From: a virus
Virus record (IMG/VR): IMGVR_UViG_3300044959_000303
Coordinates: 43,129-107,128 of that record
Length of the DNA: 64,000 nt
Direction: 5' to 3' (one strand)
Part shown: positions 29,921 to 40,248 of the stretch, in pieces
Position numbering within the stretch: position 1 is the first letter of the stretch
How the letters are laid out: each line of letters begins with the position of its first letter
Translations under genes and position numbers: made by a program
Notes under the pieces: generated by a model
Databases searched by the model: none
Seen by the model: the letters and a program-made list of their open reading frames with translations, nothing else
What the model was told of the DNA's origin: nothing

Positions 29921-32900
29921 TCATGTCGATGGTAATGAAACGATGTTCTGCAGATTTTCTCCGGTATTTGTAATTCTTATCGGTATGTAGATGAATTCTA
30001 TGGCTTTTGCCGGTTGAATTGCCACATCGATCCAGAGTTCGTTTCGATCGATTCTTTCCGGAGTATTGTTCGACTCGTCGACAACTACCAGAAAATCGAA
30101 CAACGCTCTCAGACTTACGAGATTCGACAGAAATCTGTCGAAAGCCGATTTGACCTGATCTCTGGTGGTTTTGTCATTGAATTCGAAAAGAAATGGTTTT
30201 GCCAATATTTCGAAATTGTATCTCAGGAAGTTCACCAATCTTGCAACATTGACCCGACTCATTGCAGAATCTACGGCATTCAATGTTTTCTGTCCGAATA
30301 CAACTATGCCTCTTCCGGGAATGAAGGCAATCGGATTGATTCTGTTCTGATAGAGAACATCTCTTTGTCCCTGATTCAGTGTGACTGGCAGAAATTCGTT
30401 TTCATTCGTAATATAACCTACAGTAGATACGTTCGATACCAATCCCCGATTGTAACCTGCGGGAGCAAACCAAGGAAATGCTACGAGATCATTGTAAGCA
30501 ATCGTTCGAAGAACAATTCCGCTCGGTGGTATGATGACTTCGTTACCATCGAGATTCGTGGTCAATCCCCATGGATAGTACAAACCGATGTTCGGACTCG
30601 ATATTGTCAGACCTTCTTCGCCTGTTCTGAAGGAATTGTTTGCATTTGTCGCCCATTCTCTTATCGAAGTTCCGTCCGGTTTCAATCTGCAGGGAGTATC
30701 ACCGACAATGAAGGCAATTTCTTTTTTGTCAATATTCAGATTTACAAGTTCTTCGAGCACTTCGGGATATCCCGGACATGCAATCAGATTGAAGTAGACG
30801 CTTTCGCTTCTTATATCCTGATTGCTGCTTATCATGCTTTGCAGGCTGGTGACAATGACTTCACGCTGAGCTTTTCTTCCCATGAACGGTGAACCATCCG
30901 GTTTCGATCCCGAAATCGTGACCCATCTTCCCTGATTTCTTTTCGTGATTGTATTTGTCGGAAACGACACCGATCCGACAGTGTACTGTACACCCGGGGA
31001 AACTTCCTTGTCGACAAATTCTGCAAAGTGATTCGGTCTCCATTCTTTTACATTGAATGTCGATGCACGGGTATTGAACAGAAGAATTCCTGCCGGATAG
31101 ACTCTTGGATCCGGTGCATCCGGATCGACAAAATCGCTGAGAACAAGATCTGCCGAATTCGTGCTTCCCTCTCTGGTTCCATCATTCGTGTATCTTGCAT
31201 CTGCGAAAACTATACCAAGAGGAGTTGTCTGATCGGTATTGTCGATTGGTTCCCATGTTCGTGTCGCAGAACGATATCTGTATATGCGAGGATAATTTTC
31301 GATATCGGAACTGTCTATCCACAAATCGTTTTCCACCAGAGGAGTTCCGTCGCTTTGTGTCAGTGGTTGTGAGCCTCTTATGATTACGCCATTCGGATCG
31401 GTTGTCGGGAAGTAATTTCTGTATCCCCACCATTTGCTTCCGTCGCTCACCATTATGTCGGCTTTCAGATCATCGTTGAACCAAAGTCTTTTTTCTTCAG
31501 CTTCCGATCTTGGTTCGCTTTCACTGGCTATATAAGAAAGTTCTTCGAAGTTGCTGAATGTCTGACCATCGGTAAATCCGAGGCTCTGTAATGGATCGTC
31601 ACTGTTTGTTGTCGAATAATCGATCAATGTTACGGGATCCGTATATGTGAACGTCAGAGTAAATCCTGCCGTGTTCACGACTCTCAGATAACCACCGGCA
31701 ACATCCGCGACAACATTCGAAAAACCGGCATTGTTTATGGCAATTGCCAGATCTTCCAAAGATGTGCTCGGAATCGTTATCACGTTCACTTCCTGATTTC
31801 CAAGTGTATTTCCGGCAACAATTACAAAATTGTCTCCGGGAACGAGTGCCGGAGTCGATACGCCGGGTTGTTCTGTCGACAATGCGACAACTTCGGTAAA
31901 TCCATTGTATTTTCTGATCATATGTGATGCAATTGGTCGAGTCGAAGTACCATAGAGATTGTACTGTACATACAGTGTTCCCGGTGCGATTCCCGTTCCG
32001 AGTTTGTGCAGAGCCTTGTCATCGTCCTCATGGAAAGGAGCATCTTTTATCAACCATGTATCATTCTCTCTGAATTTGACAACATAATTCGCTCCAGCAT
32101 TCGGTTTGGTAATTTTTATCCATATGTCTCCGGACACGGAATTTGCAGGAATCTGATAATGTGGTGCATAGAACAACCTGTTTCCTCTCGAACTCGAAAT
32201 CTGCAATGAAGTCAATACGTTGCCCGTATTACCCGGACCATTGGTCAGAAACAGATCTTCGCCTTTGAAATTCGATATCACCAATCGATTCGTTGTCGTT
32301 ACTTTTGCACCAAATGTATTCGACAAACCGGCAGAATTGATTGCGGTATTGATTTTGTTGACAACGGTTGTCAAGGTTGCAATATCTGCGGCCGCAAATG
32401 TGACATTCACGGTGTTCGTGCCGTCGCTTATGACCAGCGTATCGTTTGCTATAATTGGATTCAGAAGATAATTCGTGGTCGTGACACCGAAAACAGCAGT
32501 CGGTGTTGCAGCTTTCCAGATTTCCGAACCGATCAGAAACCAGAAATCTGTCGCATCCGGATCGTATTCTCCGAATTCGTTCGTCGGTCTTATTTTTTCG
32601 AAATACAGATTGTCCGTGTTCGCTGCAACGACTCCCGTATCTCCGACAACGCCCTTGATCAGCGGCAACTGAGTAATTTGTGTGGTATTCGAAAAACCTA
32701 AAGAACCTGCCAAGGTTCCACCAACAACGATATCTTCGCTTGCGGTATTTCTCAGAACGAGCCAGCTTCTTCCTCGATATCGCAAAATCATGGCCTTTAT
32801 GTTCGGTATCGATGCGGAATTGATCTTGTCTCTTATCTGTATCAGGGTATCCGTTACAGCTATATTCACGGTCGTTCCGTTGACAATCAATGTTCCGGCA

Positions 32901-33472
32901 AATCCGGGAACGGTTGTGTTCGAAGCAAATCCGACATTACCGACAATGACGGTTTCCGTTTCGGACAGTGAAGAAGCCACCAGAGGCTCGACTGCATTCC
33001 ATGCCGTCACCAGATTCGAAGAACCGTTCGACCGAAAAATTCCCCATACCGTGCTCGATGTATCGAACCAATAGGTTCCGTTCGGAACATCTCTTGTCGG
33101 TTCGAAACTGGAAGGAACCAACTGATCCAGAGGCACAGAAGCTCTCAATATCCAGCAATTGCTTGCGATTCCCAAGAACTGATAAGCAGCCAACAGGCCA
33201 TATTCATTCAACTCGTTTGCCGGATCGGAATGAAAAATCGGAACACCGAAAGTATTGATCAGTTCATTCTGGCTTGTTACGAGCCAAAGATTGTCGATAT
33301 TGTTCACGGTAGTTCCGGGAGCAATCAACGAAGCATTGGTCGAAGAATTGACCGGAGCATTTTTGTTCTGTGCAGTTGCTATTATTATCAAAGGTAAAGT
33401 GGTGGAACCGCCATTTGTGGCGAGGCTCTGATCTGTTACTGTTACTTGAATACCGGGAGAAACTAGTGCCAT
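29921..33472 (-). CDS. gp18: Tail sheath protein (large, 1183 aa)
   Basis: MALVSPG, ELNEYGLLAAY, PWFAPAGYNRG, RINPI, SRVNVARL, VDESNNTPERIDRNEL, KAIEFIYIP; ATAAATA at 33503-33509. Confidence 0.95.
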   Translation of the reverse strand: MALVSPGIQVTVTDQSLATNGGSTTLPLIIIATAQNKNAPVNSSTNASLIAPGTTVNNIDNLWLVTSQNELINTFGVPIFHSDPANELNEYGLLAAYQFLGIASNCWILRASVPLDQLVPSSFEPTRDVPNGTYWFDTSSTVWGIFRSNGSSNLVTAWNAVEPLVASSLSETETVIVGNVGFASNTTVPGFAGTLIVNGTTVNIAVTDTLIQIRDKINSASIPNIKAMILRYRGRSWLVLRNTASEDIVVGGTLAGSLGFSNTTQITQLPLIKGVVGDTGVVAANTDNLYFEKIRPTNEFGEYDPDATDFWFLIGSEIWKAATPTAVFGVTTTNYLLNPIIANDTLVISDGTNTVNVTFAAADIATLTTVVNKINTAINSAGLSNTFGAKVTTTNRLVISNFKGEDLFLTNGPGNTGNVLTSLQISSSRGNRLFYAPHYQIPANSVSGDIWIKITKPNAGANYVVKFRENDTWLIKDAPFHEDDDKALHKLGTGIAPGTLYVQYNLYGTSTRPIASHMIRKYNGFTEVVALSTEQPGVSTPALVPGDNFVIVAGNTLGNQEVNVITIPSTSLEDLAIAINNAGFSNVVADVAGGYLRVVNTAGFTLTFTYTDPVTLIDYSTTNSDDPLQSLGFTDGQTFSNFEELSYIASESEPRSEAEEKRLWFNDDLKADIMVSDGSKWWGYRNYFPTTDPNGVIIRGSQPLTQSDGTPLVENDLWIDSSDIENYPRIYRYRSATRTWEPIDNTDQTTPLGIVFADARYTNDGTREGSTNSADLVLSDFVDPDAPDPRVYPAGILLFNTRASTFNVKEWRPNHFAEFVDKEVSPGVQYTVGSVSFPTNTITKRNQGRWVTISGSKPDGSPFMGRKAQREVIVTSLQSMISSNQDIRSESVYFNLIACPGYPEVLEELVNLNIDKKEIAFIVGDTPCRLKPDGTSIREWATNANNSFRTGEEGLTISSPNIGLYYPWGLTTNLDGNEVIIPPSGIVLRTIAYNDLVAFPWFAPAGYNRGLVSNVSTVGYITNENEFLPVTLNQGQRDVLYQNRINPIAFIPGRGIVVFGQKTLNAVDSAMSRVNVARLVNFLRYNFEILAKPFLFEFNDKTTRDQVKSAFDRFLSNLVSLRALFDFLVVVDESNNTPERIDRNELWIDVAIQPAKAIEFIYIPIRITNTGENLQNIVSLPST

Positions 33473-33614
33473 TTTTCATAATTCCTCGTTCTGTTTCGAT
33501 ATTATTTATGGTAAACGAACAAGTTCGAACGTTTTGAATATTTATGATTCTATTTATTTCATACGTATTTTCAAGATTCGAATTTTTCGGAAATTTTTCG
33601 AAATCGCAAAAGAA

Positions 33615-34238
33615 CTACAGATTGAAGAATTTTTCGTGATTTCTGATTGTGTTTTCCAGTTCTTCGAGAGTCGAGGAAAAATGAATTTCGAGATCGTAAT
33701 CGAAAGACAACCATTCGAACTCGGTTCGATGAATGTTTTTTTCTTTCATTTTTTCGAGACTTTCCCTGTCACCGAAAGCGGCTTTTTTTGCAATATCGAA
33801 CCACTCCGGTCTGTTTTTCTTCACCAGAATTATTCTGCCATGATTTCTTTTTATCCATTCGTATTCACTTCTCAGACGCAGATCCGAAATTACAACTTTT
33901 TCGAAATTGTTTTTGCGAATTCGATGTTCGATAATGTTGATCCAGAGATTTTCGGAAAATTTTTCCTTGAGTGTTTCACCAATTATTATCATCGTATCTC
34001 TCACCGACAAATCTTTTTCACATATTCGACTCAGAAATTCGTTTCTGTTTTCTTTTTTCTCTCTGTCGGACAGATGACTGCCGATCATGATGTTTCTGTC
34101 CAGATCGAAGATGGAAGACATGATATCCTTGATCGGATCGGAAAAACTCAGAATTTCGAAACCGTAATGTTTTCGAATGAAATGCGAAGTCCAGTTTTTT
34201 CCGCTGCCCTTGAAACCACACAATGCCACAAGTTTCAT
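33615..34238 (-). CDS. gp1: Deoxynucleoside monophosphate kinase
   Basis: LCGFKGSGK, SFSDPIKD, VISDLR..E, HRTE. Confidence 0.85.
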   Translation of the reverse strand: MKLVALCGFKGSGKNWTSHFIRKHYGFEILSFSDPIKDIMSSIFDLDRNIMIGSHLSDREKKENRNEFLSRICEKDLSVRDTMIIIGETLKEKFSENLWINIIEHRIRKNNFEKVVISDLRLRSEYEWIKRNHGRIILVKKNRPEWFDIAKKAAFGDRESLEKMKEKNIHRTEFEWLSFDYDLEIHFSSTLEELENTIRNHEKFFNL

Positions 34239-34307
34239 TTTTTCTCTCTTTCTCTCTTTTCACGTCTGTTTTCGAATTTCAGCCGAATTTTTCCCGGAAA
34301 AATTCGA

Positions 34308-35111
34308 TCATCCAATGACAAAACCATAACCTTCGGACGGACCGTCCTTGTATCTCATCAACTCTTCTTCGAGCCTTTGCATTTCTGCAGTTGCTTCGTT
34401 TTTCAGACTTTCTCCGTTAAGTGTGACACTTCCTCCCGGAGATGGAATTCCACTGATATAGGATCGTGCTTCGCCCAACATGTATTTTGCCTGTGCTATT
34501 GCATAATCTCTTATCCAGATTCTCGATGAAGGATCCGAAAGAAGAACATTTTCGGGCTTCATCATGTAAACCCACAACAGAACCGTTTCCACAGTAACGA
34601 AATGACGATGAAATGTCAATTTTTTGGTTACCCTGTCGAAATGGAATATCAATTCACGACCAAAAAGTCTTCCGACAAGTTCCTGATATTGCCATGCAAA
34701 ATCATAAGTGATCAGATCACCAGAAGTTCCCGAAGCATAAGGTATGGCATATATCGAATTTATGATACCGGCAGTGAAGGGATCGAAAAAGGTGCCGCCG
34801 GGAGTATTTCCGGTCGATCCTCTTCTGTAGACATTTTTCACGATCATGACTTCTTTCGGCAAAGCATATTCGTTCACATCCGGTTGCAGTTCCAGAAATA
34901 TGAAAGCTTCCTGTAATGCGTTCGTCGATCTTGTTCTGTATCTGTCCAGTGCGCGATTGATGGCAAGATGATAATGTTCCGGATCCAATTCGATATCTAT
35001 CATTCCTCCACCGAGAGAAAGATATATTTCTTTTTGCAGATTTTCTCTCGCTTCTTTCGAAGAAGGAATATTCGCCGGTACGAGATAGTTTTCCATATTC
35101 GGTATGGACAT
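34308..35111 (-). CDS. gp13: Neck protein gp13-like
   Basis: LGGGMIDIELD, WIRDYAIA..K..LGEARS, GGSVTLNG; ATAAATA at 35145-35151. Confidence 0.85.
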   Translation of the reverse strand: MSIPNMENYLVPANIPSSKEARENLQKEIYLSLGGGMIDIELDPEHYHLAINRALDRYRTRSTNALQEAFIFLELQPDVNEYALPKEVMIVKNVYRRGSTGNTPGGTFFDPFTAGIINSIYAIPYASGTSGDLITYDFAWQYQELVGRLFGRELIFHFDRVTKKLTFHRHFVTVETVLLWVYMMKPENVLLSDPSSRIWIRDYAIAQAKYMLGEARSYISGIPSPGGSVTLNGESLKNEATAEMQRLEEELMRYKDGPSEGYGFVIG

Positions 35112-35257
35112 TTCTTTTCTTCCAGAAAAGTGAATTTCGAAATATATTTATTTCTAACGATATTTCGTGGTAGAGAATTTTTTTCGGGATTTTTTTTTCG
35201 AATAAATAATCGTGAAACACGAAAAAAAAATTCTTTTTTTCACGAAGGCGAAAATAA

Positions 35258-36196
35258 ATGAAAATATTCGAAATCGCGGGTCGACGATCTTCTTTTGGAA
35301 AAAAATACGAAGAATTCATCGAAGAAATGGCGAAAAACACGAATTCGGAAATTGTGAAATTTCTTTTCGAAAATCCACTTTACAGAGCTTTGACACCGGA
35401 TGAAAACAAATGGACGAAGAATTATGGAATTCTGAGTATAAGAAAAGATCGTAAACCATTGAGTTTCTCACCGGCCATACAGAAAATTATCGATAATTAT
35501 CTGAAGAATATGGGTTTTCGGGCTTTGAGATCGAACAGCGTGTTCGTAACGAGACAGAAATCCATATCGGAGTTCTACAAATCGAATTCCAGAATTCTTG
35601 CAGTTGTTTTTCCTCCGAAAAAATTTTTTTTCACATGGAATCGAATTTCCGAAGATCTTTATGCAACTTTTTTCTACGAGGATTTCATCTTTTTCGATTT
35701 CGATGAATTGAGAAAATCGAAAAAAGAAACATTGAAAAAAATTCTGGAAATATTCACGAAAATCATTCCGGATGAATTCTATTCGAAAGAAAAAGAAGAC
35801 ATTCTGAAACTGGTCGAAAATCGCAATTGGTCGAGAGCCTTGAATCTTTTCGAAAAAATCATGAAGAAAATTTTCGATGAAAAGAGAAAAAACAAGGAAT
35901 TCATTCAAAAATTTTTTCATCTCGTGAACAATTACAAAGATTTCGATTTTGCTTCGGAAGAAGAAATGACGAGAATTTTCACCGTCGATACGAACAGTCG
36001 TCTGGCAAAAGAATTCAGAAACGAAAATTTTCAGGAAGCGGTTCGATCCCGAAAAGAAATCATGATTACAGATGATGTATATTTCTACATCGAAGAAAGT
36101 TTCTTCGTCGAACACAAAAACAGATTGTGGAAAGATCTGCAAAAGAAATATTCGTCTCTTGAAGAAAAAGAATCGAAAAAAACGAACGAAGAATGA
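35258..36196 (+). CDS. Late paralog family member 1 (putative ADP-ribosyltransferase-like fold)
   Basis: MKIFE N-terminus; LYRA, RSNSVFVT, EIMIT; ATAAATA at 35202. Confidence 0.6.
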   Translation: MKIFEIAGRRSSFGKKYEEFIEEMAKNTNSEIVKFLFENPLYRALTPDENKWTKNYGILSIRKDRKPLSFSPAIQKIIDNYLKNMGFRALRSNSVFVTRQKSISEFYKSNSRILAVVFPPKKFFFTWNRISEDLYATFFYEDFIFFDFDELRKSKKETLKKILEIFTKIIPDEFYSKEKEDILKLVENRNWSRALNLFEKIMKKIFDEKRKNKEFIQKFFHLVNNYKDFDFASEEEMTRIFTVDTNSRLAKEFRNENFQEAVRSRKEIMITDDVYFYIEESFFVEHKNRLWKDLQKKYSSLEEKESKKTNEE

Positions 36197-36208
36197 TTTC
36201 GAATCGTT

Positions 36209-37222
36209 TTACGAAATATTGTAGAATTCTTTCAATTTTTCGGTGATGAATTTTCTTTTCGAAAAAAAGAACTGTTTGTCGAAATAATAGAAAATATCAT
36301 TCGTGATCATGATTTCGTTACCGGATTTGACAGCTTCTTCGAAATTTCGATCGGTAAAGGCATTGGTAACTTCGTTGTTCGGAATTTTCAGAATTTTTTC
36401 CAATGAAGATTCCGTAAAATGTTCTTCCATGATTTTCAGAAAATCACCGTAAATTTCGTCCGATACGAGAGAACTCGTGCTGAAAATCGTATCGTGAAGT
36501 TCTTTCATGATTTTTTCGAGAATTCGGGTTCTTTTTTTCGAATTTTTTTCGAGAAGAAATTTCGACAACAAATCATGTATTTTTTCCTGTTCGTCTTCCT
36601 CGTTGTCGTGTTCGTCGTATTCGTCGTATTCGTCGTATTCATCTCCAGTCAGATTTTTCATATTGTACTTTTCGATGAAATCTTCCACGACTTTGTAAGT
36701 TTCCTTCGGATACTTTGTCATTTCTTCGTATGAAATGCTCAAAACCTTTTCGATGAGATCGGACATTACAAGTTTTGGAAAGTAGAAATCTTTTATGTAA
36801 GGATTCCACGAAAAGTAAAATTTTCTGGAAGGAAAAATCACCAGAGATTTTCTCTCTTTACCGGAAGTTTTACTGAAAAATATGGTGATGAATTTTTCGT
36901 CACCGGTCGCGAAAATGCTGTTGAGTCTTCCTGCCCGAATTCCTTTGGAACTCAGAAATTCGTCGAGAATTTTCGAATAATACAATGGAGTATCGACAGG
37001 AGTGCGATTTTTTCTTATGGGTTTGATTCCGAAAAAATTTCCGAATTTGCCTTCACTGTAGGAATCTGCTCTGTACAAAGGATGTTCCAGAAGAAACATC
37101 GTAATTTTGGGATTTGTATTTTTTGCCATTTCTCGAAGAAAATTTTCGAACTCTTTTCGAAAATTCTCCGAATTGTCAATGTTTTTCTCTTTTTTCGAAG
37201 AAACAATTTCATTGATTTTCAT
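36209..37222 (-). CDS. Late paralog family member 2 (putative ADP-ribosyltransferase-like fold)
   Basis: MKINE; LYRA, RLNSIFAT, SGNEIMIT; DEY repeat insertion; ATAAATA at 37243-37249. Confidence 0.6.
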   Translation of the reverse strand: MKINEIVSSKKEKNIDNSENFRKEFENFLREMAKNTNPKITMFLLEHPLYRADSYSEGKFGNFFGIKPIRKNRTPVDTPLYYSKILDEFLSSKGIRAGRLNSIFATGDEKFITIFFSKTSGKERKSLVIFPSRKFYFSWNPYIKDFYFPKLVMSDLIEKVLSISYEEMTKYPKETYKVVEDFIEKYNMKNLTGDEYDEYDEYDEHDNEEDEQEKIHDLLSKFLLEKNSKKRTRILEKIMKELHDTIFSTSSLVSDEIYGDFLKIMEEHFTESSLEKILKIPNNEVTNAFTDRNFEEAVKSGNEIMITNDIFYYFDKQFFFSKRKFITEKLKEFYNIS

Positions 37223-37378
37223 GATAAAATCTCCTTTTTTTCTATTTATCTGTCGAAATTTTTTTTTTCGAAAAGCGTGACAAACATGCGATTGTTTTCG
37301 CTTCGTTTTCCGGTTTTCGATTTTTTCATGTTCGAAAAAAAATCATTCGATATTTTCGAATTTCGCAAAATACGATCG

Positions 37379-37480
37379 TTTCGAATGTCCGCAATCGTAA
37401 ATTTTCGAAAATCCGAGTTCGCCAGTTATCATTTTTTCCGACCAGCTTTCGATATTGTCGATCAGATGCCCGTATTTTCG
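37379..37480 (-). pseudogene. Orphan copy of the 3' end of 38970..40070
   Basis: 102 bp matching 38994..39095 with two mismatches; encodes YGHLIDNIESWSEKMITGELGFSKIYDCGHSK. Confidence 0.85.
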
Positions 37481-38066
37481 TCGAATACGGAAGAACTCGT
37501 GCCGAAAATTTCATTGTGAATTTCTTTCATGATTTTTTTTTTCGAAAATTCGAGTTTTTTTCTTTTCGAATCTTTTTTCGAAAAAAAGTTCGGCGACAAT
37601 TCATACGTTTTTTCATGTTCGTTCTTCTTTTCATCATATTCGTTTCGAATCGAATTTTTTCAATTCATGATCTGAAAAATTCCGAAAAAATATGAAAATT
37701 TTTCGGAATTTTTTCGAATTGTCCATCCAGACAGACAATTCGAATTCGAAACGGAGATCATTTCTTGTGTGATACTAGTATAATTATTGATGAATTTTCT
37801 TTCGACTGTCGAAACTTTTCAGAGTAATTTTTTCGAATCGAGAAAAATTGTTCCCAATTTTTTTCGAATTTTTTCGATTCGACACGAATATTCGAAAAAC
37901 ATCGAAAGAAAAATCTGTTTCGAATTTTTTCTGTCGAAAAAATTATCTTCGTTTTTTTTTTTCGGTATTCGAGGTGAAATATTTTCATGAAACGGACTTT
38001 CCACTGGACCATACACGATTACTGATTGTAAAACAGGCATAAATACGAACAAAAAGGAGAAATTCG

Positions 38067-38468
38067 ATGCCAACGATATCATTTCAGATAAGAAAAGGTG
38101 AATATGTCATACCAGTTGCGGGTGTTTCGTCCGGCGATGAACTGAATGTATTCGATTTGAAAAATCTTGTGAAAAATGATGCCGTTGTACGTTCTTTTTC
38201 CGTGAGTTCTCAGGATTCAGCACCACGAGACATATTTTTCAAACCGGATGGTACGAAAATGTATGTGGTTGGATCTACCAATGATAGAGTATATTCCTAT
38301 ACGTTGAGTACTCCATGGAACATCGGTACGGTAACCTATGACAATGTGAGCTTTTTTGTAGGTTCTCAGGATGGTACTCCTACAGGTATATTCTTTCGAC
38401 CGGACGGTACGAAAATGTACATGGTTGGAGCTGGCACTGATAGAGTATATTCGTATACTTTGATCTGA
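38067..38468 (+). CDS. Small virion protein with two beta-propeller blades
   Basis: FF[KR]PDGTKMY.VG..DRVYSYTL twice; ATAAATA at 38039; RBS AAGGAG. Confidence 0.75.
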   Translation: MPTISFQIRKGEYVIPVAGVSSGDELNVFDLKNLVKNDAVVRSFSVSSQDSAPRDIFFKPDGTKMYVVGSTNDRVYSYTLSTPWNIGTVTYDNVSFFVGSQDGTPTGIFFRPDGTKMYMVGAGTDRVYSYTLI

Positions 38469-38635
38469 TTACAGAAAATACGGTATTTTCTGTCAGAAAA
38501 TTTTTTCTTATGGCAAGTATCATTTCGAAACAATCTGAACGGAAATTTCTTTCGAATTTCTTTTTCGACAGAATTGTCCCGGATGTCTGACAGATATACG
38601 GGACATGATGTTTTCACAAGAGAAATGTCATATTC

Positions 38636-38727
38636 ACCATACATGATTGCAAAACAGGCACAATTACGGACAAAAAAATACTTCGATATCAATATCATTT
38701 CGAACAGGAACAGATGAACATGTCACG
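38636..38727 (+). pseudogene. Decayed copy of the promoter and start of 38067..38468
   Basis: Aligns with 38008..38112; promoter, RBS and ATG are all mutated. Confidence 0.7.
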
Positions 38728-38776
38728 GTCTGAAAAAATTCTGTAAAAATACGAAAATTTTTCTTTGCTTTTTCGA

Positions 38777-38807
38777 AAGCAATTTCGGGTTGAACCCGAA
38801 ATTGCTT
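38777..38807. other. 15-bp inverted repeat, possible terminator
   Basis: AAGCAATTTCGGGTT-G-AACCCGAAATTGCTT. Confidence 0.55.
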
Positions 38808-38969
38808 CATTTATTCGAATGTTGCGGACAGAATGTCCAGTACCGCTCGAATATGCTTTCATGATCATTTCAATCGAGAATTTTCTTTTTTCGGCATGTC
38901 ACGAGTTCGAAAATTCCAATTGCCAACAGATATACGATCTTTTCCATGAAAAAAATCAACCGTCATTTT

Positions 38970-40070
38970 TCACGAATTCACGAAATACCACCATTTCGAA
39001 TGTCCGCAATCGTAAATTTTCGAAAATCCGAGTTCGCCGGTTATCATTTTTTCCGACCAGCTTTCGATATTGTCGATCAGATGCCCGTATCTTCGAATCA
39101 AAAGATCCTTTCGAAAACTGAAACGATGTTTTCGGGTATAGAAATCTTTCGTATACCAGTAACCGGGACCATAGTAATCGTATTCCTTGACAAAATTCGA
39201 TCTTTCCAATGATTCGCCGGTGAACCATCGATTGTCGATGAACGTGTATATCGAATTCGGGAAATTCATTTTGATGAAATTTTTCAGAATTTTTTCGAAT
39301 CCTCCGATGACACGAACATCACCCTTGATCGCATATCTTGTCAATTCCCATATATTGTTGTCTTTTGCCGGTTTCGAGCCGATTCCGAGACGTGATTTGC
39401 TGAAAGAAGCGATCGAAACGAGATCGTGAATGATCTCGTCTCCGTGATACAGACCAAGATGTACGATGGCCGGAGCAAAATCCTGCAAATGATGACGATT
39501 GTAGAATTTTCGGGCTTCGGAAGGCTCGACAATCGACACGAAGCATTTTCTTGCCGGTATCGGTTTGCTCGTAGGTTTCAGAACGTTCTTCAGAATTTTC
39601 TTGCATATGTCTTTTCTGAACAGCCATTCATCCGAAAAAATCTGTATCAATCGAACGTTCCTGCTTTTTGCAATCAACCATTTGTTCAGAAGATAATGTG
39701 ACGGATTGGAAATACCTCTTTTTCGCAGAGCATTTTCGGAAAAACATTCCAGACTGTGAAAATCGATGGCAAAACCGATGTCCGGAAAATACAGATCCAC
39801 GATATCTTTCCTGTCGTAAAGTTCATTGTAATGACGAACAATTCTGCCATGATAGATTTCTTTCACGAATTGAAATATTTCTTCTTCTCCGGTATGTTCC
39901 AGATTCGAAATGTCGAATTTTATCGGAACTTCCACATATATCGACTGTTCCTCGGGAAAATTCAGAAAACTTTCGTATTTTTTCTCGATTTCGTTTTTCA
40001 TTCTGTTTTTCCGGAATTTCATGAATCGAAATTTTTTTTTCATACTATGGTTTTTTTTCTCGAATTTCAA
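38970..40070 (-). CDS. Degenerate Vsr-like nuclease domain fused to a GNAT/Mom-like domain (start uncertain)
   Basis: DLYFPDIGFAIDFHS, LIQIFSDEW, ARKC, HHLQ, WELTRYA, GGFEKIL, IDNRWFTG, IYDCG. Confidence 0.7.
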   Translation of the reverse strand: MKFEKKNHSMKKKFRFMKFRKNRMKNEIEKKYESFLNFPEEQSIYVEVPIKFDISNLEHTGEEEIFQFVKEIYHGRIVRHYNELYDRKDIVDLYFPDIGFAIDFHSLECFSENALRKRGISNPSHYLLNKWLIAKSRNVRLIQIFSDEWLFRKDICKKILKNVLKPTSKPIPARKCFVSIVEPSEARKFYNRHHLQDFAPAIVHLGLYHGDEIIHDLVSIASFSKSRLGIGSKPAKDNNIWELTRYAIKGDVRVIGGFEKILKNFIKMNFPNSIYTFIDNRWFTGESLERSNFVKEYDYYGPGYWYTKDFYTRKHRFSFRKDLLIRRYGHLIDNIESWSEKMITGELGFSKIYDCGHSKWWYFVNS

Positions 40071-40248
40071 TATTTTCGACGGAACGAGATTTCGAAATCA
40101 TTATGTACCGAAAAGCAACAGATACGAACAAAAAAATCGAAAAAAAAGTGAAAAGAATTGTCGATTTCACGATTCGAAAAAAATCGATCGAAAAATATTT
40201 CGCGACGTGTCGAAAATTTTCTTCGAAACAAATGAAAAAAATCAGAGT

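Noticed and set aside
17048-33472. Introns or inteins in capsid, sheath or neck genes
   Set aside because: The ORFs are continuous with no intein motifs seen; the endonuclease genes are free-standing.
37379-39095. Diversity-generating retroelement TR/VR pair
   Set aside because: Only two mismatches, at an A on opposite strands, and no reverse transcriptase in the window; better explained as a duplicated fragment.
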